DNA of 64,000 bases from contig NC_047019.1 of NCBI RefSeq assembly GCF_902652985.1, positions 25,110,001 through 25,174,000 of the forward strand, in the 5' to 3' direction. Position 1 is the first letter of the stretch. Each line of letters starts with the position of its first letter. Source of the DNA: Pecten maximus. Its lineage: Eukaryota. The notes beneath the pieces are model-generated. The model worked only from the letters and a program-made list of their open reading frames with translations. It made no database searches and was not told the origin of the DNA. A program made the translations under genes and the position numbers. Below, in pieces: positions 1 to 12,130 of this stretch.

Positions 1-1719
1 GTACTAAATATTTTTCACACGTGGGTTTATTAACGTATATACATTATTTTTGTCGTAAAATCGTTAAAATTAATTTGCATGAACCTGTTATCGCGCATCG
101 ATACAGAATTTAGTGTTGTAACCTATTCAAACATCGCTTGAAGAACCAATGTGCTGAACGTTAAACAAGTAGGAAAGTGATATTATATGCTTGGCTATAA
201 AAGTGATTGGATATATTAAACATCAGTTTTCATTCGATTCTTTAAAACGTGTCATAAACCACATCATATTGTCTGGCAGCACTTGTATCTAGCGCCAGCC
301 GCCTGGCGCACCACACTTTATTATACGACGATCATGGTCAGACTAGTGCTTCTTGTCAATAGATTACATTGACTAGTATACAAACATACGAGTGATTTGG
401 ACAGTATACTTCCGTAATATAAACACCCTTATTCAGACTTGATGACGACAGTGACCAACTACTAAAATATATACATGACAATGCGATTGTAACTGGCTGC
501 CACATTTTGTATTCATACAATGACCGAATCCCTGCAAACTGTAGTATACAGTCTCATATACATACATTGCAATTGGGTTTGATAAACATGCATGTCAGCA
601 ATGATCAATTTGATAAAATTTTCATGCAAACAAATCATCTCACTCTCTCTCAAGGTCTCATTTGTATCTGTAATATCACACGATCATCTCATTTTATTAT
701 GGATGTTGCTGGTGGATGATTAAATACAAACAAAATGGAAACGAGGTTGTTAATTATATACAAATATGATAGGAACGAGCAGATGAACCCAGATCACACT
801 GATCTCAGACAGCAGTAATATTTAATTTATACACGTACCCACCATTAAATAACCAGTTATAGATTATACCAATGATGACGAGTAGTAATCTAATTGCTGC
901 CGCCCCCACCCAAATATCCATCACACAAGACACATTGAAAGTACAGACGAGCGGGGGCAGCGACACGGCGGTACAAGAGTCAGATATACTTCTCAATGAC
1001 CGGCTTTTGATGCAGAGGAGAAAACAATTGACGAGGCTTTTGTCGTCGGCGGTTCTACCAAAAGGTTACAGTTTCCTCTCAACCATCAGGCTTTTAATTA
1101 GTGTCTAGCAGCCAAATTCAATATTATGACTTCTGGTAACGAAGTTGGTCGAGTCGCGTCTGGTTTCGCATTTCGTTCCTCACCTTGGCCGCAACGATGT
1201 GGCTTCATCTAACCCAGCCTCTATATTTCTGCTCATAATAATCAATTTTAATACTCTACTGCCCTGAGTGGCTATTAAAACAGACAGAAGGACATTTACA
1301 TTAGCATATGTAAAACAGATGATATGATGATTACAGTGACTATTTAAAGTACAAAAAAATGTACTTCGTTTACAGAAGCCCTCTGCAAAAGATAGATGTA
1401 TATCTATAACAGTGCCACTCTGTAAGAGAAAAAAAGTATGGCATGGTGTTTACAGCGACATTCTGTAAAAGATGGATGTATATATATATAACAGTGCCAC
1501 TCTGTAAGAGAAAAGCATGGCACGGTATTGACAGTGGTACTCCGTAGAAGACATATGATCTATCTATTACAGTGACATACTGTAATGTGTGCAGGTAGCA
1601 CGTAAGAATTGTTTGTAACTCCTACCCCCTCCTACTCCCATGCATGAAGTTACTTTATAATCTTTGTTTTTCTTTTCTATACTTTCTGAACAACTATCTT
1701 TATAATATCTCTATGGACA

Positions 1720-2220
1720 CTGTTTCGTATTTGGCCTTTAGTTGAGCGTTTGCACTTATGAGAGAGGCGTTGCGTTCTGTCCCCGGCCGAGACATACCCG
1801 AGTCTATAAAATGGTAGTTGCTACTCTCGTTGAACTCTCAGCAGTTGAGGAACAGAACGACTGGCTTAGTTATCATTATAATATGACCGGGAGTTGTTGA
1901 GTGTATTCGACGGTATGCATTAGTGAGATAGCACTATGGGGCACAGGCGCTTGCATAGAAAATGCGATTTTCAAAAAAAAAAAAAAAAAAAAAAATTTGA
2001 TACGACAGTGGTATGTGTAATCTGATAAGCTCAAGGAGCTTAACAGATTACACATACCACTGTCATATCATTTTTTTTGGTTTTTGTTTTTGTTTTTGAA
2101 AATCGCATTTTCTATGCAAGCGCCTGTGCTATGGTGTTGACATCAGTTTCGCGCTATCACAAGGAGACAAACACGAATATACCATCCGTAAGTGGCTGTT
2201 GTTTAGGGGTCTGTAATGTC
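1720..2220 (+). mobile_element. Degraded tRNA-derived SINE with V-domain-like core (V-SINE/RUDI-like), interrupted by a MITE
   Basis: tRNA-like head (ggcctttagttgagcg...gttctgtccccggccg) followed by gagacatacccgagtctataaaatggtagttgct...ctcagca, which resembles the V-SINE core. Related copies at about 27995-28065 (-) and 63475-63850 (+). Boundaries approximate. Confidence 0.65.
1942..2128. mobile_element. Palindromic (foldback) MITE with 8-bp target site duplication
   Basis: Almost the whole element is an inverted repeat (cacaggcgcttgcatagaaaatgcgattttcaaaa...ttttgaaaatcgcattttctatgcaagcgcctgtg). It is flanked by ctatgggg (1934-1941) and ctatggtg (2129-2136), and SINE sequence resumes on both sides. 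Confidence 0.85.
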
Positions 2221-2660
2221 CTTGATTTCAAGTCACATGATAGTTCGACTGACGTGGTCACTAAAGTGATTGCTATTTTAAGATGATATATCTATCGTCT
2301 TGTAGTACCTTTAGGTGACATTGACGAACTTTGTCAATGTCTCTCTTCAGTTTTAATCAGCCTCGACTATAGAATGACCAACAAGGGACCACAGTTTGTT
2401 CCAATGAGTATGTTACTATTCTGTTGGAAGATCTTAGCTCAAAAGGATGTTATCAATGATAATCTTCAATTTTTTTTTTACTATTTCACCTTCTTTGTAT
2501 ACTTTCTATGGTCGTATGTTTAACTATACGTACTAATATATTTTGTTCCTAAAGTTTGGAATGGTAGTATAAGAGTGGAAAAATCAATTTTACATTTCAC
2601 AGCATACACAAGGAACATAATTCCCTAAACAATATCAATGGACATTATGGGACACAAATA

Positions 2661-3197
2661 CGAGGGCTGATTGATAAGGTGTGAGCCTCGTTTTGAAAGG
2701 ATAGTCCTACTATTATCTGACCATATAGGGCCGTGTATCCAAGGACTTGTCTCATTTGGTTAGTTTATATCGACGAGGTAGCGACGAGGTAGCACTCTAA
2801 AGTAAACAAGACAAGCGGCTTTTGCAAAATGGACAAAATCGGTAAGGGTTAGGGTTAGGGTGAAATAGTCTGTCATTGCCATGTAACCATTCACGATTGT
2901 GGCTTTAAATTGATCGAGCATCTGCCTTATTGACGTGATCTCGCTCCATCAGACTTTCATGTATTTCCAAAAATGAAAACGGCTATTTCAGGCACTCTAA
3001 CCCTAACCCTAACATGCTGTGGATGACTTTCTGAACAGCCAAGACAAGGAGTTCCATAAATGTGGCATTGAGGCCTTTAAACATCGCTGGCAAAATTGTA
3101 TAGATACTGAAGGGGTTTATGTTGAAAAATAATACAATATGTCCGGCAAAATTCATATCCTTCAATATGAGGCTCATAACTTATCAATCAGCCCTCG
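2661..3197 (+). mobile_element. Non-autonomous Tc1/mariner element, copy 1
   Basis: TIRs cgagggctgattgataag.../...cttatcaatcagccctcg, with TA on the left and CA on the right. Remnant transposase: start MDKI, a degenerate PY-PDLAPSDF motif and the C-terminal KHRWQ-CIDTEG-YVEK*. Confidence 0.9.
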
Positions 3198-6100
3198 CAA
3201 AAGGACAATACAAACCTGAGACATTTGAGGGATGAAATATATTTTTTTTTATTTCTAAAACAAGACAAAAGAATTAGTGATAAGTGAGATGATGTCTCCT
3301 ATATATAGATGAACTGGTCACCAAACAGTCATGATACAAATGAATATTTGATATTCTATGTCTGTTATTTGTATTTGTCAATAAAAAAAAAAACCCACAA
3401 AAAACCCATTTTAAATCTTAAATTGAATAACATGCATACATTACATACATAACTAGACTGTTTGAGAAGGTACAGCGATCTTACTGAAATCATGAACATA
3501 AATCATAGGAAAGCTCAATTGAATTTCACGAATGTAAAATATCGAAACAAAATGTGACCAAACATGATAGCATATCGCCGAGATCGTGTGAGGACAGAGA
3601 TGTTAAACGTGGTGATTTCTTCTGAATGATAAGTTCTGCTGCCAAATCGAATTTCTGCAGATAAGCGTACCTGTCGTCCCATCATCACCATAATGGGCGT
3701 CAAACTTTGTCGAGATCTGTACACAACAGCTACGCACTCTAGCTATCTATCCTAACCTATCAAGATTTGATCAGTCGAACGAGGGTATGGTTGAATACCT
3801 CGACATGTCCGTTTATAAGGGGTGTCTTCTTGATTTATACCATACGTCATCTTACGAACATTAACTGTTTATCATTTTTACAATCCATTACAATGCCCAC
3901 CAAATATAGCACGGTCGTAACTCTTTACATGAAACGTATTGAAAGAGGATTTAAAAACGACTGGTTATCGTTAGTATATCTTTGGTACAGGTTGTCACAT
4001 CTAGACATATCAACATTTACATGACTCGGCTAAGGACTGCATTCAACCAAGCATTCAAAACTGACAGGAAGGCCGTGTTTCTAACCAACGATATGTACTA
4101 CTATTCAACCATACGAATGCATGGTATATGTTATGACTAAAATCCCCCCTATCAGATACTGACGGGAGTAAACTTATCATATCTCACACTTCTCTTATTG
4201 GATTATTTGGACCAATAGCAGAGTTAAGTCAATCATCATTGTTTGTCATGGACATAATTTCTCTATCAAGTCATTCATATTAAGATGTGGCGCACTGTCG
4301 CTCTTCGCTTGGCGGGGACGCCAGTACCACATGGCCGAAATCAGCCACCATACATTCTGCAGTCAACATGGGATCGTATTTTTCAATTTTTCGTCCAATA
4401 CAATAGGCAATGTCTTAGCCATATGATTTTCTTGCGACTGTCCTTCTCTGTACCTCCAGTTCTGTACTATATTTGCTAGGTCTTTGATAGAGGGCCCAGT
4501 ATAAATGGTATGATCTGCAAAGAGAGAGCAACTCCTAGATCTGTACCATTCTAAATATCTCCATTGATGATATCACTGTATATAGTTTCGGACCAATGCT
4601 CGTCAAGCGACCATAAGAGAGGTCATCCTGTGACACACAGATTCAGAAAAAAAATCTGCATTGTTAGGAATTTTCTCTATATGTTTCTGTCCCCTGTGTG
4701 TTGTTTTGACATTCAGTTGAAATGATATTTTCCTCCGATATATAATTCCGTATCAGCTCACATTAAAAAAAAGTTTTCATACCGGTGGTGGTCTCCACCC
4801 TTACCTACAATTGTACTTGGCCAAGATTACAGCGTTTACTTCTACATGATAACAAGGGTACATTTCCTCGCCTTGGTATGGATCGCCATTACTACGTTAG
4901 ATGGCTGTATCTTTCTGATTCCCACTCCCTCGATGTGATTTGGGATGATCCAACTAGATGATGTATACCTCCATGACTTGATAAAATGGTTGTACCTTTC
5001 TGATCTCTTCCTGTAATTAAGAAAGCCCCACCTGGAAGGTGTTTATATCCATAACATAATGACGTATCTGCAGGTGAACTATGATATTAACTGTGTAATA
5101 ACTGTGGTATTAACAATCGTTGATTGTCGATTCCCTTGATACTAATTTGTTCGCTTTGCTGCCCTTTTCAGAATCACAAGAAACCTTATCTACTGTCGGG
5201 ATCAAGATATGCCTACCTGACACTTAATCTATTTATGTAGGCGCACGGAAATACAAAGGAGTGTCATATACACCAATATAAAAGGACACACTATATACAA
5301 TATATAGAGGATATCTAACAGTTTCTAATTGTGGCTAATAATTTGATATTTTTCACGAGTCCATAGCACGGCGTTTACCAAGACTTATTACAGACCCACG
5401 GAGTTCCTCTCTAACGTAATTGTATGAATGCATCTTTGTTACCAACATATTAGTACATGTTGTTAAATGGAATATTTGTGTATATATGTGTCTTGTTTGT
5501 AAATTTGTCGTAGTATATTCATTCACAACGTCTTAACATCGAAAACGACCACAGTTTTGCAAACCAGATGTAGGATTTTAGTATGTTAATCAAAACGAAA
5601 CATTCAGACAGATATATTTAAAAGTCACCTCTGACTTCGAAGCGGTTGCCGATATTACTAAAAAAGAGGAAATGTTCAAATATGATCTTAAATGAGTATT
5701 CATTTCATATTGGGTTTTATGATAAGAGTCTTAGAAGTTTTTATTTTAGACATGCCTTTGTGTTATTACATTACGTAGAAAACCTACATTTTGACAGGTT
5801 TAAAGCGAAAATGTGGAGGTTAAAATCAAACGGAGGTATTGGATAACAGGCCGATTGTGTGGTAAACTTTGACAAAGCATAGCTAACGATGTTTATTAAA
5901 TCCGGTATCGAGTCTCTTTTAAATTAATTTTATCGGCAAAAGTACCCCCGGCAGTAAACAATCATCACACCACAACTGTGCGTGTTCTTTGATTTAAAAA
6001 CTAGCGTTTAGCGGGGGAGTTCTTTTTGATAAAACAAAGGTTCATCTGTTTATTTCACCAATGATATATCAGATTGAATTATTCTGCGGTATATAGAACA

Positions 6101-7573
6101 TAATGGCACATCAATCGATATGTACGACCTGGATACAACCAAAATGACATGCATTATTGATGTTGAATACATGTGTTTACTTTGTATTGTTACGGGGTTC
6201 TGAAAACCATCGACAAAATGTTCGTCAGTGAGAAGGCGTCTCTAGAGGGACATTTAATATACAGTCAGGCAACCAATATCATGCTCTGAAACCATACATA
6301 TCGAATAACAGTTGTTAATCTGACATAATTATCGATTACTTAAATGCCCCGGATTTATTTCACGAACTCGTTATTGGATTAACTTTCAGAGTCTTATATC
6401 CATATTTTTACGAAAACTATTCCCTCTATAGGATTCCACGATTGTGTAATGAACAAAAAAATGTAACGTGCCTGCTTCATGTTGCCCACATAATGATTCT
6501 AGTACAATGACATATTCAACGATTTGAGTGATGTGAGGCAGCATAGATTTTAAAATATCTTGCACGAAAATTCCAAACCATGTAGTGATAGTGTTGAAAG
6601 TGTTAGCCAATCAGCAAATGATAGACGTGATTCCAAACTCGTAAATGACACATCTCTAAAGTCATGGTAACAAAGCGCAGATTGTTAGTGATGATCTTGA
6701 AATTGACCACATATTAGTTAATTGGCAGAAATTTTGAGATGCAGCCAGCAGTTTTCCTTCCTAATTACGTGCATGTACCACACCTAAATAACCCATCTCC
6801 GAATGGAACCTGTAGCAATGCTGCATTTATTACTCTTCCTTTATCTGGGATGAATTAACATGTGTAAATCTTTTGCGAATAGATATCTACTCGAATTTAA
6901 ACTAATGCAAAGCAAGTATATCTCGTGTTGGATTTTGAATAAAGTGAGTGTGCTACTTTTATTCTCAATTAGACATATTAAATACAATATTGAAATATGA
7001 AAATAATAAATATAATAAATGCGTCTCGAGAAAATAGTTCGGGACGGACAAAATTGCTATCAGACTCCAAGCCAAACCATTATAATGAAATATATCACAA
7101 AGTCAAACACACTACGTCTGTATTCGAAGTACGAATACTCGCATACTGTATTGTCTGTATGATGACAATCCCATTGATGTTAGAGACATCAATCATATGT
7201 CTGTTTCGTACTTCTAATACTTATCAGTGATGTTAAGGACATCATACAATTATTTCATACCTCATCTACTCGTCAGTGATGTTAAGGGCGTAAATAGGCC
7301 GAAAAAATATCGATAATTTGGTGAACTGAAAATGTCTATAGTGGAAGTTATGTTAGGACTCATAACATACACGTTACTCGCCATGAACATTATCACTGGC
7401 TCTTTCGATAATCCTGATATCGCAAACTGTCTACACGAAAATTAGTATCTTGGAACATATATATCTACCCAGGTTATGCAGATAGATATGTAACAAGAGC
7501 AACATTAATCAACATGTATGTTGGTGTCGTCTTAATCAATATACCCCGAGGTTATTTACTAATGTTTCATTCA

Positions 7574-8222
7574 GGTAGCAGTGTACAGTAAAAATGCCAA
7601 ATTCTGAAAAATATGGCACATGCTTTAGATATGTAAACATTGCCAGTTAACCTTACATATAACCTCTAATAAAGTATATATATTTGAAATCTGTACAACA
7701 TTTGCAATTTTAATAGAGCTCTGAAGGATAAGTAAACTGATATTTTCTGTGATTTTTAGAGCTGTGAATACCATGGTAACAGCTTAAAAAATTCTCAAAA
7801 ATTGCAAAATATTATGATATTTGACCCAAAATGGCACAATTCTCTACACAATTTTTTTTCTGAAACCTATTTAAAATTAAATATCTCTATCCCAAAGACA
7901 GAATTAATCTTGTTTGGACATATGTTGTAAATTAAGTTTTTCCGCTATCTTACCTTTTCTGTGGGCTTCCATTTTGCGCTGTAGGCGAAACTAAATTTCC
8001 TGTGTAAACACACGTTCGGAAAATCCGGATATTTAAAATCCGGAACCAATTTATTGATTTTTGTTTTAATAAATGTGAAGCCTGTATGTACTACTTCATA
8101 CTGGATATACCAATTATAGTGTACATTTATTTTTTCATTTTTTATACATATCATAATACAGGAGTTATTTGCTTAACAAAAAAATTGCCCATGGCCAGGC
8201 TGTCTTACTGTGGTGTGCTACC
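7574..8222. mobile_element. Non-autonomous DNA transposon with short TIRs and 3-bp TSD (PIF/Harbinger-like), copy A
   Basis: Ends ggtagca...tgctacc, flanked by tca/tca. A near-identical copy lies at 37197-38211. Superfamily inferred only from the GG..CC ends and 3-bp TSD. Confidence 0.8.
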
Positions 8223-9832
8223 TCAGATATATCCTATACGATATCAACACTTCGGATATACCGTTACTGCCACCTGCTAACATTGTCGGTATCAATTTTC
8301 TTTCATCATTCATATGGATGTGTCCTCTTGCCGTTCTGCTATGTTAATGTCTATTTAGGTGTATCTAGTACTTTTTCTGGATTACAACGTAGCCCCTAGT
8401 ATCACCCAAGAACAAAAGAATTGTATAATGCAATTTGAACCCTTATTCGTCAATACGTCTGCTACTACGTGTGTATCTAAATGCATAATGTTTTGATATT
8501 AGTAATAAACTGCCGTTTGCATGCCACATTGTATAAATTCTAGGAAAAGCGATGTCGATTAAGAATATATACACTTAATTTAATGAATTTGAAACTCTTT
8601 GAATTATTTATAGAATTGTAAAAAGAATATACATAATTGAAAATCACATTTAAAATGCATTCGGTATCAGAAACAGTATACGCCTGATATAGAACATACA
8701 GCATATACATATGCAGGTCTTGTAGGAGTTATCACTTGTAATAGAAGTCAGGAGAAACAAAGAAATAAAATGAACAAAATCGGTCTAATTAAGGTTTGAA
8801 CTACACTCAAACGTCACGTGACCGCTTAAAATTGATTAATTGACGAATATATGAGATATTGGATAGCCTTAAAAGATCCTGAAATACACGTGCAAATAAT
8901 GAAATAGTATTTATAAGAATTGTAAGACATGGTATATGCAGGGTAAGGGCCAGTCTTGGGAACTTAAGCTTCGCCAGTTTTTCATAGCCTTAACATTTTG
9001 GTAACTAGTGCACATCATAAAATACTTTTTGTTATTTTTCGATATATTACCGGCTGTATTTCGATACTTTTGGTCGTACTGCAGAGTACCAAAAGAACGA
9101 CATTTGAACGCTGCACTTTCATTCAGAGCATATTGCATCCATATAACGAAGTGGCTTTCCCATGCGCGTGATTTCTGCTTTGTTATGATACAAATATAAG
9201 TTATTTTTTAATGTCCAAATGTACAAAAGTGCTATGTACTTATGTTTTTGTCATGGGGAATTACAACATTGTGATACTTTATATCTCTTTTATTAGCTGT
9301 CATTAGAATACACATACTTGTCTTTCCTGAATTCCAACGAACCATGTACTGAATAGATAAACATCATCGTGAAAGTAAAACATAAGTGACTTTTTGATAA
9401 GATATTCCTATTAAGGTTTGTGATATTCATGATAACATTTCTTAGAATAACAGGGATTATTTCAGAAAGATCCATGTATGCTGTTGGAAAAAGGTATATC
9501 AGCACAGAATGGTTATTATTTTTAATTATTTATAATGAAATGTTGGAAACTGCTATAAAGTATTAATGTGTAGGATTAAATTGGAGAATACATATGCTAT
9601 GATAATTCTATAAACAATAAAGTACAAACTCTCAAATGACATTAAGCCGTAGAAAAAGTGATTGTATAGGTCATTTGAGAACCACAATCAGTTGGTCTCA
9701 AATAACATCGATTGTCAGTTTGAAATAAGTAAATTAATATAATACGCCATACACATGCCATGGCAAAACAAATAGCATTACGGCCCGTGATCGATTCCTG
9801 CTATGAGCGTTAAGTTTTTAGATATGTTTTGT

Positions 9833-10110
9833 TCCGGGACTGTAACTCATTGTTTTCTGCAGGACTGTCACTCTTTTTATGTCCCGGCATTGTAACTCAT
9901 TGTTTGCCTCGGGACTGTAACTCATTATTTGCCCCGGGACTGTAACTGGTTGTTTGCCCCGGGACTGTAACTGGTTGTTTGCCCCGGGACTATAACTGAT
10001 TCTTTGCCCCGTGACTTAAACTGGTTGTTTGGCCCGTGCCTTAATCAAATTCGCCTCGGTTCTCTATCTCAATGTGTGCCCCGGGACTTTAACTGATTCG
10101 TTGCCTCGGG
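9833..10110. repeat. Minisatellite, about 29-30-bp unit (ccgggactgtaactggttgtttgccc-like)
   Basis: Repeated ccgggactgtaact...tgtttgcc units visible directly, degenerating toward the right. Confidence 0.8.
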
Positions 10111-11319
10111 AAAGTAACAAATTGAGTGTGAAACTCAGTTGTTAACTAACTTTTGCGATTCCAAATGCCCGTATGTATTACTAACGGGTTGCTTCAATTA
10201 TGATGCCCCTCAGTTATATTTATGATGAATACATGTTTCACCTGCCAGAGTACAGGTCGTGACCTATAAATCAACATTACATCGATCTTGATCGCATGGG
10301 GAAAAGGTTAAAAATCAAATATAAAATGATATACTGCATTGCGTGGTCGTCGTAGTTTGCTTTAATACATCATCTTTGCATTTAAATCCAGTTACATATA
10401 AATATTCAGAGAATCGTCCGGCAGATATTATCAATTATAAAACATCATAAATACGTTTACATTTTCTTCAACTCAAATTACTACCGGAAAATGGGTATAC
10501 TGGTAACCTATATGGACTTTTCTAAAATTTTACATGATTTATCCATAGCGAAAGTGCTGATTCAATTTACCGCATGTTGTTCATAGTTACACAGAAGTTG
10601 TACGGTAATCAGTAATCCCAGAAGTAAACACGTGGTAAACATGTGTTGAATGACTCAAAATAACATTAGTTAGCATGTTTGTGGTTATTTTTATATTGTT
10701 TATAAACCAACTCTGTTTACTATTCATATTTTAATCAAATATATACAATAACATTCATCATGTAACACCTCTGGTCGACATTCACATCTTGCTTTTGTTT
10801 AAATTGTAGTTTTATGAATGAGAAAACCATATACAGCTCACTATAGTAATCATCACACATCTACTCGGTAATTAAAATGTCACCTACGATGTTAACGTTT
10901 GGACAACACCATGGAATGACTGCCAATCTACTCTGGGAGTGGTAATGAAATTACATTTACAGCTCGATCAGCCAAATAGGGATTTCTGGCAAAGGGATAT
11001 GACAGTATTAGTGCAACAATCGCGTTAAATATATAAAATAAATAAATACAAATATGGGATGAATGTACTAGTATGTCTCGATTAACGTTTGTTGAAATCC
11101 AAAATGTTGTTTTAATTTCCACTCAACTGTACTTTTACAGAACCAAACATGGTATTTTGCTTGATAAAGAAGTCAGTAATTTGAATCTAAATACTGCAGG
11201 GAACGTTAAAATTGCAGTAATGGAGAAAAATGATTCATTATATAACGTCAATATAACTACGGTAAAGTTACCACAAAATATTATAATCGACTCACAACAT
11301 ATCTGAACCTTAGCACTAG

Positions 11320-12130
11320 TATTGGTTGGTTTGTTTGCTGGGTTTATCACCCCGTTGACAGGCGGATTCCTCTTGTAGAGGGAGGCCCGTCGCATGCTTT
11401 CTCGAGCGAAAAGGGTAAAGTGACTTGCCCATGGACACAACCAAGACAGCACAGACCGGTGTTATACTTAAAATGTACCTCCTGCATAAAAAGTACCCGG
11501 ATACTTTTTATACTCCTACCAAAACGTACTCCTTGCATAAAAAGTACCCCCTATCAAATATCTTTGATATTAACGTTATCAACCTAAAATAGTCAGTTAC
11601 AATGTTTCTGACCCCACCCTACCAAATCCCCGCCCCAGAGCCAAAAAACAGATTTTTTTATCCAACCTCCAAATATGACTAAGGATCAACATAGGGAACC
11701 TTCATATGCATATAAAAGACATCTCGACCCCCCCCCCCCCCCCCCCCCTATAAAGGTTTCCTATGTTGATCCTTAGTCATATTTGAAAGTTTGGAAAAAA
11801 AAAAGAACATTTTTTGGCCCCGGGGTGGGGATTTGGTGGAGTGGGATCAGAAACATTGTAAATGAACCCCCCCACCTTATGTTGTTTATTCATATCTTCA
11901 CTATTTTAGATTGAGATTGATAAAGTTAAAAACAAAACATTTTGGTAGGGGGTAAATTTTATGCAAGGGGGTTACATTTTATGCAGGAATAAAAAGTATC
12001 CAGATACCTTTTGGTAGGGGGGAGGGGGGGGGGGGGGGGGAGGGGGCATATTATACAAACTGACATGGGTAGGGAAACGTCGAACCACACACCTCGGATG
12101 TCCAACTGAGTTTACGTGGCCTTAGCTCTT
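11320..12130 (-). mobile_element. SINE remnant with CORE-like motif, split by a foldback element
   Basis: ttggttggtttgtttg tail-like sequence at about 11322. gggtaaagtgacttgcccatggacacaac resembles the CORE/MIR consensus. A tRNA B-box-like tcgaacc resumes at about 12080. Confidence 0.45.
11456..12065. mobile_element. Composite foldback element (outer and inner long inverted repeats, poly-C/poly-G tracts)
   Basis: Outer arms about 11470-11593 vs 11900-12020 (tgcataaaaagtacccc / ggggtaaattttatgca). Inner arms about 11594-11702 vs 11752-11865 (aaatatgactaaggatcaacatagg / cctatgttgatccttagtcatattt). Confidence 0.75.

Noticed and set aside
291-346. GC hairpin followed by CTAG as a Helitron 3' end
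   Set aside because: The hairpin lies about 30 nt from the CTAG, farther than typical, and no 5' TC end or second copy was found.
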